Of a stretch of 64,000 bases of DNA, positions 45,671 to 57,700 are shown one piece after another. The DNA is taken from the NCBI RefSeq assembly GCF_964204865.1, contig NC_135250.1, positions 9,982,001 through 10,046,000 on the forward strand, written 5' to 3'. Numbering within the stretch: position 1 is the stretch's first letter; each line of letters begins with the position of its first letter. The position numbers and the translations under genes are program-made. The notes under the pieces were generated by a model. The model saw nothing but the letters and a program-made list of their open reading frames with translations, was not told the DNA's origin and did not search any database. This DNA comes from Styela clava (Eukaryota).

Positions 45671-47207
45671 TCGTCATCATAGTTGTATGTTTGAGTTACC
45701 TGCACCCTAAATAATAATACTGATATACGTAACATATCATATGATTGTCCACGTTTATCCAAATAGAGAGAGAAGTCAATGTGGCGAACCGTGGATACTT
45801 CATACTTATAAGAATAATTAAGTAGTTTATTACTCCAGGTACATGGATAATTCCGTGTGAAGTGGATATCTCCGTTTTAACTTTTCGTACTGTGAATATA
45901 CACACCGAATAATGTACGCATTTGCATTCGCTTTTTGATCGGGCAAGTGTCGTTTTGTTTGTCTGGTATGCAGATGACATTATGCACATAAGCGAATTTC
46001 GGCGTGAGATATGATATACATTGTTGGATTTTTTTCTGCCATAATAGCAGGGGCAATGATCATAATGTTTCACTGACATAAGTTAACTTTGATTTTCATT
46101 GTTTTATCTAACACTGTTCACAGCCATTTGCTAAACTATTGTTCTAGAATTTGCAGTAATTTTACTCTTTTTTTTATTATAATGATCATGTTTTTATTGT
46201 AAAAGTATATACATATTACCAAAATAATAAAAAATAGTGTACTTCTATTTTGAGTGTTCCAACATAAGCTACATTACCACACCCTAAACAAAACACCTTA
46301 AGTCTGCAATTGTTTCTGTTGTTTACTGTATTGCTAACTATTTCTTTTTTGTTGAATCATGCCAATATTACCTCTTGACTTTATCTGTGTTTGTGTGTAC
46401 GTGTGACAATAAATTTTCATTGCTGAAATGCAATAATTTTCCAATATTTCTTTCACAAAAATGTTAGATCTTGCGTTTTTGAGAAACGGTTAGAGAAACG
46501 CGTTTAAATGGATGGTTGAAAGATACCTATCCGGAAAGGTCGGTACGAGGCAGCAGAAAAGTTCCTTTGGTTCCGAGTTTCAGCTCGAAACACTCACAAA
46601 AGCTACCCCGGCTTGCGATTTCGCGTACAAAAATATCTTGGCTCGATTGTATTAGAGAAATTACAAACTATCCACGAAATAAAAAACTTTGATAACGAAA
46701 ACTTCCCCCAGCCGTTTGATTGATGTAAAACTTGCAAATAATAAAATACTGTACTACAGTTTCTAGTTCTTCTATTTCAGAAGCTTTCTAACTTCTTTAT
46801 ATAACCTTTATAGGAGTGTACTCTCACAACTATCATATGATATCGTCTAGTAAAGTTCACATTATATCTCATACAAAAATATAGACAAAAAATATTATAC
46901 ATATACCCCAGTTATATTATATAATGTTGCCACGATGTTTATCCTGACGTTTTAAATTGTTTAGGTTCGATTTATTATATTGTTATTACTGTCCCTGATA
47001 TTTGCACAAATATAAAGTTTAAAAAAAAAATTGGAAAACTTGATGTAATTGATACGCTCGTTATTTTGTACTTATGTACTGTAAGTCTGCATCATTAGTA
47101 CATTTGCAATATATTAAGACTTCGAAATTTTAAATATCCATAACGTTTGTGAGGTCATGTGGGGGAGGGAGTACGTCACAAAATATGATATTACTTTGGG
47201 TTTGGGG

Positions 47208-47578
47208 CAGGGGTCGGAGAACTACGATTATATTCTTTACGTGACAGAATTTGTTTTGAGACACTAAATTATATTATAACCTAACCTAAAGTATATAATT
47301 CACAATCACTCGTTTAATGAGCCTACAATTGATTTTAATTAGACAATTGGCAACATAACGTGAAAAAGTTGATGCTGAGTGCAAATGGTTTAACGACGCA
47401 GAAAATATTCAAATGATCAGTCTCCGCGCACTGTTTGGAATTTCCTGAAATCTGTGTGAAAAAATGTGATTCCTCGGTCATTCCGTCGGTTTTTAACTTT
47501 CTAAAAATACGCGAGGCCCGTCAATGACTTGCAGCCTTTAATTTTGGCCCGCGAACGACAAAAGTTTGCCGACCCCTG
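47208..47578 (-). mobile_element. hAT-type MITE related to 23673-24081, opposite orientation
   Basis: 47510-47578 is the reverse complement of 23673-23735. Both ends are CAGGGGTCGG. Confidence 0.75.
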
Positions 47579-47599
47579 GTTTGTTTAGGGTGACCATTC

Positions 47600-47850
47600 A
47601 AATATGACGGACATAGCTTCCAGAATGGTGAATGTTCAACCAACCAGACTGAAGCCATTAATACAATTTTTTCCATCGTCGTGTATCAAATTTTAAGAGT
47701 GAGATTATCACTATTAAATATCATAAATAGTGTAGGTCCGAAAATTGAACCTTGAGAAACTTCAAAGAAGTGTAGCGTGGTTGTTACCTCAAAATAAAAC
47801 CTGTTACTAATTACCAACTTCCATGACCTTTGACCGATGCTGCCAGCAAC
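47600..47850 (-). mobile_element. Degenerate non-LTR retrotransposon (LINE, CR1/L2-like) reverse-transcriptase remnant
   Basis: Minus-strand VSQGSIFGPTLFMIFNSD resembles the RT motif GVPQGSILGPxLFxIFIND. It is followed after a disruption by HDDGK, a YADD-like motif. Confidence 0.65.
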
Positions 47851-50800
47851 GTTTTCAATGATATTCGGGGGGATGCTCGCCTTACCGCGCCGTTTCAGAG
47901 TTAGCGCGGTTGCTATTTGTACCTGCTTCGAAAAGCTCACTGTGTGTAAATGTTGCTTCAACAGCCTTTTTAATATTATAAATTGAATACGGATTAACTT
48001 ATGTTAAGTTGCAGGTAGAGTACCACGGTCTGTTCCCAGGTTGGGTTGAGTCCCGATACGGTAATGGTGCACCCGTACTGCAGTACCGTCCGAGTGGAAA
48101 TCGTGTCAGACTAGTCTATAGTGTACCTCAAACTCAAACACTGACATATTAAGGCAAACCTACTCTAGTATAGTATTGGGACTTGATGAAAAAACTATTT
48201 CTCGGATCATCTCCCCTGTTTACCGCCCAATGGTACGCAAATACAAAATCCCTGTGTCCCCTCAAAGCAAGGCAAATAGTGGTTCTGGCAGCAGTCGTTA
48301 CGCTCCGTTGATTCGTATGGAAGTAGGTAATTGCCTATAAGGAGTATAGGCCATTCAAATCCGATTGGGACACATCCTTATTTTTAACAGTTTATATACA
48401 CAGCTGGGATTGGTTAATTCAGATCCTACTATTGGAAAACGTGTTCAAATATTACTTCAGCATGAAAATATATATATATATTTTCAAGTGGCGCCACTAC
48501 AGTTAGAATTTTTATTCTGGTTCAGTAATTTGGCTGTGTTATACCTCGCAGCGCGTGATTTATAGCTATTGTCAGGTAATTACCTTTTCCGGGGGTCTCA
48601 ATTTTCGTTCTGTCATTAGAGAAATTTAACCCCTAATCTTTTTTTTATTCTCTCATTTTCATATACATATAGCGGCTCACTGGCAACAAGAAGAAAACAT
48701 TTCAGATACTGAAATTGATTGTTTTGAGTTCACATTATCACCACACTTTTTAAAGCTGGCAATAATGCTAAAAACTTGCAATGTCGAAACTCAAAACTTG
48801 CCATAGTCGCCAGTCCAACATATAGAATCAAAACACCAATATTGGTAAACTTTAATCTAAAAACCATCAAAATCTTTGACAACGTCGGAGTTAGGTTCTT
48901 AACGGCTCAAATGCCGGATAAAACTGTCATCCTATTTTGCACAGCAACTGTCACGAATTGCATAGTGTTCTGATCATCGAGTTATATTACCACCGAAATA
49001 TATACAAATTTAAAAATTATTGCTATCTTTGGTTCACGAACGTTACATGAATTTACATGTAAGGAATGAGTACTTCTTAAGGAATTTCATCCAACACATT
49101 GACCTACCATTCCTGATTCACTTCTTTTAATTTCTTGCAAAGCCTAACTCTAACAAGGTGGTAGGTCAGCATTCCCGTAACAAACAAATTAAAAACACTG
49201 AACAATATCTTGGCCTCACCAGTATATTTATTATAACAAATATACTTATTATACAACAATTTTCAAACAAACAAAATAAATCTCAAAAAAGCATTTTCGT
49301 CGCCACGCTAGAGAAATCGATCACGAGCTTTATTTATTTAGATTTACAAAAAATTTGAAATTTTTGAAATCATTTTCTAAATGGCAAAACTAAATTGGAA
49401 AGTTTAACAATATTTTTTCTATTAAATACCGATATGTCTAAAATATTTTTACCTTTGTCTTAAAGACAGAATATTGAAAATAAAATGCTCTTAATAAGCT
49501 AGAATTAGGTGAATTACTGCGACAGTTAAACTGCCAATTTTGTCATTTTGAATTGTTTATCATTATCAATTAATAAAAAACTTATAAATTCGTTTTCAAT
49601 TCCAAAAATGCTGAATTATGGCACTACCGTGGAGAGTAATTAGGAAAATACTATACACACATCTTTAACGACACCACACAAATAGAATCAAGAAGACAAA
49701 CAGACAGACATATATTAAATTCTTGAAGACAATATACTCATTGCGCCGACACAAACTTGCTAAATTCATTTCCTATTTTTTTTAGCATATTTAAACTTCT
49801 GAAATCAGAGAAATGAAACCAGCAAAAATAATTGAACAACCAACTAGTTCATAGATTAATTTAATCGTAAGAGCAGAGGTTTCCATCAACAAGACAATTT
49901 AGTACATATCTTGAAAGGGTGCCACAGGGATGGATTTTTCTCCTAGACTATTTGTCATCTATATGGATACCATACACTTCATGTTCTCCTAGGGAAATAT
50001 GCATGAACAGACATTATTCAACATCTAAAAAGATATAAAAGTCATTTTATGAACTTTAGGAACACCATAATAGTTGGGAACTAATCAGAAGAAAGAAATT
50101 GGTAAACAAGATCAGGCAAAAAAACAATTACGTGATAAACCTTGAACTCGGATGTATTATTAAATTAAGTCACCCATGACAAATGCTGGTTAATTTTTAT
50201 ATATCTACTGCAAGAAGTTCACATTTTTAAGAGGTGCTTAGCACTATGCTATCTTCAACGCGACATATAAAGCGCAAATTAATATAACTTTTACTTATGA
50301 CATCATAATTCAAATACATGCGAAATTAGTAAGTTGGTGGAAAAGGCGTAAGCACCAATGATTGCCAAAGCTGTTAAACAGCTGAATTGGTACACATTAT
50401 TGAACGAATAAAATAAACAATAATATCACAAGCAATCAACTTGTTAGACAAGCTATCAAAAACAAGTAAAATAACAAAATTTCAACAGTAATTTTAAGGA
50501 AGAACGATAAAGTGAAAATTTTCAAATTAGGAAACTTTTAACTAGCTGGAACTGAGTGTAATATAATTTAAAGGAACAATTCATAATTAAATATGTCACA
50601 ATAGTTCTCGTATAGTTCACCAGAAACAAATTACTCGTAACCCATCAGATATAACATGATAAATTAGTAATCATATTCGTACCGTACGAGATTCTAAACA
50701 ACTATGCACACCCGCACGAGTAATTATAAAAGATAATCTGCTTTCATCAAGTCTCTTGGAACTTTTTAGGAGTTTGGCAAACAAAAATGACAACTTGTTT

Positions 50801-51708
50801 CTTAGTTATATGATTACCAGAAAAAAATGATACTTTCGACAATTTTTATATCAGCAGAGCACCTTGAGTTTTCATTCAATGTTCATACTTTTATAAACAA
50901 CGGGGTAATTTGAAAGCAATTTTATAGCATAGCAAGCAAAATAATCAAAACATCTTGACTGTAATCTTAAATAAAGTCAGAATCGCACTTCACAGATCTA
51001 AAACTGTTAATGCCAATTGCCCAAAAAGACAAAAGGTTTCAAAAAGATTAGGTTAGCTTTCCTAGTATCTGTTTTCAACGCATTGACTATGTAAGGATCA
51101 GTCAGAAATATTAACTACTAGTAGTCCATACTCAGTAATGAGTACTGTTCGGATGGAAACGTAAGCGCATAAAAGAATAGAATAAGATCCCTCTTTTCAG
51201 CTGAAATCAATCAATTTCGGAAGATTTCAAAAGTAGTCAACATTATAACAAAAATCTTTTTTTTTCAAAATTTGACAAAATAGAGAATTTGTAACGGAAA
51301 AGACGTTCCTTCGGCCTATTTTAAATAGATAACTTAAGTAATTTCAATTGGAAAGAAAACCTCAAGTTTCACTTATAATAAAAAGTTGTACCATAGCTAT
51401 GAATGAAAGATAATATATTATCTTTAGTTGTATGGCATGAAGTACAAAGCGAGACTTGGAGTTTTGTATGTTTTGTCTTGCCAGTTTGGGTCGGAGCTAC
51501 AGTTAAAATTTCGTGTGGCACCAAATCGAAAATGTTGCATATAAACGAACTAGCAATAATAGCACACTAAATGAGAAACAAAAAGCAAAAAGAATAAAAA
51601 GGCATTCTGGGCACCTTTGGCCATAATAAACAGAAAAATGCGGCACCTTTCATCGTATATAAACCACGTTAGTCAATTAGAGACCTGCGTCTGTAATTGC
51701 ACAGTTAT

Positions 51709-54700
51709 TCATTCAATTTTCACGGCCACGGGATAATTTTGTTTCAAATCTATCCCTGGATTGGTAGAATCTGAATTCTCTGACGAAAACTGGGTTTCGT
51801 TGGAATCGCCCCTTTCTCTCGTTGGAGGCGGTAAAGAGCTGTTGCTCGGTGGGAGAACTGGTGCTCTAGAAGTGGCATTTGTAACGTTGGTATGGTACCG
51901 TTGGGTTTGTTGTAGATCGATTAGAGTCGCGATCTTGAGACTAGCTGCTTCCATTTCTTTAGGAGACGGGAGAGATATTAATGCAGGTTGTTCGTGTGGA
52001 GAGAAGTCGTCCGGCTTTTTACCTCGCATTGTTTCGCCGTGGTGTTTCTTGACGTGTTTTTCCAGCGTGCTAAACACCGAAAAAGGCATTTCACAAATTT
52101 CGCAGCGATAAACCTCTCGACCGTTGATTCCATGAGTGCGCATATGGCGAGTTAACTTACTTGACTGCGCGCAAGCGTAATCACAAAGCCTGCATTTGTA
52201 TGGCCGTTCACCAGTGTGCATACGTCGGTGTACTGTTAAGTTAGACGTGTTCTTAAATACCTGCAAAATGAAATGAAAAAATGAACATTTGAATTAAAAA
52301 TCCGCTTGGTGGGAACAGAGAAACTACATTGAGGTTAATCCTCTGTTACCATCATAAATTTTTCTTTTTTTAATCATGTGTGGACCTTATAAATTGATCA
52401 CCCTGAGGACATGTCTAATCTACATCTCGTGTTCAGAAGGCACTAACAAAAAATAATACTAGCGTGTAGGTAAAAGCGTCGCCTTGCATGGGAAGCACGT
52501 TTAATTCGTATAAATTATTATGAAATTAAAAATAACTTTTCTCTAACATATATATATATATGTACGATTAATAAATTTGAATGTTATCTTTTGTAAAATC
52601 CAACCGTGCAAAGATATGGACGGTATTTAGACTTGTTGGTTTTCATTATAATTTCGCCCTTTGTATATATATATCGCCACAGCCCGGGGCGTTTCGAAGA
52701 ATCGACCAAGTCTCAATATATACAGTCGACCGCAGACTGGTAAAAAGTTTTGTAAAATTACATATTTAGTGAGGTCAGGTAGGTCTTCACCTCCGGGCAG
52801 TCGAATTTGTCGTTAAATACTTGTTTTGTTATATTTTTACATTGAAACCTGATTTTTGAGTATAATTAAAAATATATAAAAAAAAATAACACAGGAAACT
52901 CGTTACACAATTTAGCGATTTCATCAATTATTCCCGACAAAATCTAAAAACTGCAAGTTTGTGATTATCGTTTGAATCACAAAAAATACGCTGACGCTAA
53001 AATCTTCTAATAGGAGGGACATATATATATATATACATAGTAATCGGCGTCAGTGATATAAAATCTATATATTGAACCCTGAGGGGTACAATATAGCACT
53101 GTAATTGCCAGGAAAACTTTTTTCACACCCCGTGTTTGCATTGCCAATAAGTTCATGAAATAAGAGGAAATATTCAGTGTTGCAACTGTGAACCGCAAAC
53201 TATCATAAAATTTTATATTTTCATCAGCGTCATAAATGCCATCAATGCTTTGCTTTTCACTATATATATATCATATGGATATTTAAATATATCTTTTAGA
53301 TACTACTACAGCCGAATACGATAAATCGCCCTGTTCAGGGGTTTAAATCCGAATAGGAATATTCTTACCTTCCCACAGTACTGACAGGTATCATTTCGTC
53401 CGCTTCCCCTTGGTCTGTGCGGCTGAATTCCTAAGCCCCCGGGTCGGTGATACATATTTCCAGTTGACGTTCTTCTTGTCGCTGGTTGCATCCATCGATT
53501 TCTACTGTACAGTGACGTTGGCAGAGGCGCAGCGAGACTGCTAGCGCGCATGTTGGCGGGAACACCACTATCCCCACCTGGTGGTGTATTAACAAGCCTT
53601 TGAGGGGCTTTCGAGGAAAGCAAAGCTTGTTGCATGTTACCGAAAAGAATCATATTATGCAGTTGTTGATGTTGTTGACTCCTCAAGGTCAAAGGGTCAA
53701 GACCATTAGGTGGCGACTGTATACTTTTCGTGGTGTTGATAACTTTTTCTTGCGCATGCTTCGACCCTCGTTCAAAGAAAGTAGGTGACAAAGGAGCAAG
53801 TCGAACATCTGAGTTATTCCCTTTATCCACGATCGGATCTAGGAAAAGGGGAATAATTTAATATTATTTATGCAATTAGAGTAATAAATATCAATTGGTG
53901 CTAAGCAAGACGTAACTACATATTCTTCCTCTATACCCCTGCGTTGAGGAACCATGGGTATAATGTAATGATGATGTAGCAATAAATATGACTATTCCAC
54001 GAGAGCCTTGCTCCACACTAACACAAAGCTATTTCTGAAACATTTCGCATGACTAAGTTCTGCCTTCTTCAGTTGTCACAGTCAAAATATGCTGGTCAGA
54101 AGAAGTGTGGTCTCGGTGAGACAAAACGTTACAGAAATACATTTCTGTTAGCGTGAAGAAGCCTAAATCACATAAAGTGGATAACCTAGCATTTGTGGTT
54201 TGAGTAGTTTTATTTAAACAGATATAAGTTGTTATAGAATATAACTATTTCAAAAAAGTACTCTAGTTAATACGTTATGCGAGGCTTAATGAACAGTTTT
54301 TGTTTAGACCGTAAGTCCAAATACTAAACTTACCCGATGCTTTAGAGTAGGTGTTCAAGTAAGGACTTTGCAGAGGCGGTGGAGTTTTTCGAACACTTTC
54401 TCCGTTTTCAATTCGCGTCCCATTAGTCTGAATAACTGTTAATGGTGTTTTATCCGCCATTTCAGTTGACATTTCCGGCAAAGGAAGAGTATCGCGTTGC
54501 CTGACACGCAGGAACTCCATTCGGCCCGTAACGGATGGCGCCCTGTCTGCAAATTGTTGCTGCAAACGGCCGTCTTGCTTTGCCATTTGCTCATTAATGC
54601 TGTATTTTCGCAGCAAATCTGCGTAGAGAGGTTGAGATGGCTGGTTGACCGCTTCATCCCTCCTAGGAAACAACTGACACCTAGATGAATGTGAATGATC

Positions 54701-57700
54701 AATGTTGGGCCCATTCCCGCTACAATTTAATTGAATAAAACGGGTCAAACGCTGATAAGGATTTAAACTATGTAAATCATCATTGTCAGATAACCGGTTT
54801 AATCCGGCTGGAATCAGTGCAGGGACCGGCACAGAAGCATGTCTATCCGATGGAATTTGCTTATCTTCGTAAAATTTACTTTCAGGGTATACATTCTGTG
54901 GTCGATTCTGTATTGGCGCAGAAGATCTACGCATAGCAATTCGTTTGAATGGCGATGATTCATCCGGACTGCTCGCTGCAAGACGTGTTATCCTGTCTGC
55001 TTCCATGTTATTTGCATTATTTTGATTGTCATCGGAATGATGCCTTTTAAGAATAGATGTTTTACAATCGGCATTTCGTGTATCTTCTAACCTATCCGAA
55101 GAAATATTGCTCACTCTTCCGCCCGCTAATGGAGAACTGGCATTTGAAAATGTGAGGCGAGGCGTGTCGCCATCGTCTTCCATAATAACGTCTTCGCGCG
55201 GGATATGTTCGTTTACCAAACGACTCTCACTAGTTTCACTTTTATCATCATGGTAATGCTTTCTCACAAAGGGCAAATGACTTTGATTTCCCATGTCGAA
55301 AAGCCTTCGTTGAATATCGTTCCGTATTTTATCATCCGCATTCTGCATGATTGCGTCTTTATTCTCATTCGCTTCATTATCACATTTCTCCTCTTTGACG
55401 CATATCAATTTTGTCTGCATGCCAACCTCACGTGTAAAATGTGTGTACAAATGTACCCTTAAATTGCTGGTAAATTTGAAATCTTTATCACAAATCGAAC
55501 AGTTATTGGGATTTTCTTCAATATGTTCCTGAATTATCGTTTCAATATCTCGTTTTGAATGCGAATTTGTTTCATTTTCGGAGTTGCGATCATTTGAATC
55601 CTCTACATTATAACACATAGGAGATTTCGATGTACCAGGACTTCTATCTCCTGACGAACACGAAGTAGCAATTACATTATCGCTTGTTTTGGTAGTTGGC
55701 GAGTGCATAAAAACGCAGTCGCTTTCCTCGCTATAGCCTGGAGAAGTGTGTGAGCTTACTGATCTTTTTGTATCTCCATCCGATTTTGTACTTCTGTATC
55801 CGTCAGGTCCAAATGAAATTTGTGTCATTTCAGAATGCATTTGATTTGGAGACACACGCGAAAACTTGAAAACATCTGAGGAATTCACTGATAAATTCTC
55901 ATGATTTCCTGAATTTTTTTGAAAGCTTCTTTCCATAATGGTTGGTGATTGTGGATTGGTTTCTCGATTTCTAACCCCGCTTTGTTGGGATATTTCTTCG
56001 GCCGTTGGAGATTTCGAGAGCGTTGCTAAATGACGTAGACGCTCAGAATAATTCTGCTTATTATTCACTTTGTTATACCAAGCTTCTAATGCAGGTGGAA
56101 GGTTTGGTTGGTGGTGCTGATTTGGATGACCTCCTAAACTAGCTGCAGACGAAGAAGGTTCAAAATTATTGTGAGCTATGCTCGTATTTGAATGTGTGCG
56201 GGCGGGAAGTTCGGACGATACCATCACAGGGTGTTCAGAATTCACTTTACAGGTCATAGAAGACGATGACTGTGGTATTGTTTGGTTTATATTACCAGTG
56301 CTTCCTGGGATACCAGGCAACTGTCCAGAAGCTGATAGTTGTAGCAAACGTTGTATGAATTCATATGTGTAATTGCTTTCGGTATCTTGGTTGTTTTTAA
56401 CTTCGTCTTGTCGTTGTTTTGTGTCATCGCCGTTATCAATTTTTCTAACCAGAGCAAGACGAACATTATGTTCCCGATCAACGTGTTGTAAAAGAGCTGC
56501 AGCTTCAAAATATTGCTTGTTGCAATCAAGACACGCGTATTTCGCTGATGCCGGTATAGCAAAGGATGAGTTTGTATTTGCACCTGAAATGAAGAAAAAA
56601 ATATTGTGATAGGCAATTCTTAATATAGGCTATTGTGAATTCGATTAGATACTGCTTACGCGCATGCAACTCTTGCTAATTATGGAAGAATTTCCTAGTT
56701 TCGATTTGACCTATCCATTGTGTATATCATGTATGAAAACCCATTCGGATCACATTTTAAAATTCTTGATTAGTGCAATGGTTAACAACCGGAGGCCCAG
56801 GTCCACCCAGGGGTTCACAGAATGGTTCTGGGACTTATAAGCTAATGAGAATCATAGCTTTTGGTAGAGACCATGTATATAACACAACTTGTCTTAGATA
56901 ATTGAAAGCGTGCCACAGCTTTTATCAAAATTTTGAGAAGAGTTCATGATACTGTACTTGAAAATTTGGGAACCAGTGAGCAAGAGAATATACAGATAAG
57001 ATACCAGCGCTTCGCCAAAAAATTCTCAAAAAAACAGTATTTGTTGTTAACCTATGCCCTATACGTTCATCTAGAATGTTTCGCACCCCATCATAAGAAA
57101 ATCTCGCTGACCAGCGGTCGCTACACGGTAACATGTATATGTTGGCTATTCATGTCCTTTGGCACGTTCCGCATGGTAATATGGTTATTTTAGTAATCTA
57201 ATAGCTTTAATGCCTATTAGTAACATTTGTTTGGTTATGTACACCAGACGATTGGCCATCATTAAATAACGTTATTTTAGAAACGGGCCATATATGTTTT
57301 TATACCGATTTTTTATAATTGATATTGTACTCCTATCAGTCAACCAACGTTAAGTACACTGTTACAAAAATGCCTAAAAATTGCTTAAATTTGCAAATGG
57401 ATATTTTTTTTTTGAATACTATTGGATGCTTATGCAGCATGGGTCGCGTGGTGTACTAGTATTTATCTGAAGCTCATATTTGATTGTTACTCCATTTGGC
57501 TAAAAGTGAAGTGAGTGCACTTAACTGAGAAATGGACGTAACATTTGCGAACTTATTTACAGTGGGTAGACAGTAAGGCTATGTCGTACAGGGAAGTACA
57601 TACAAATTATCCGCAAGTTCATATACGGGTGTCCCAGTTTTAAAATTTGCTCATTCGTTAGCTCACCAATACTTGCCAAATAAGACAACATAGGTTTTCA

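Noticed and set aside
46480-46692. Open frame of ~69 codons after the GPCR 3' end
   Set aside because: No start codon, no usable acceptor in frame and no recognisable motif.
51761-56609. Several plus-strand ORFs of 60-116 aa
   Set aside because: They are antisense shadows of BCL11 coding exons.
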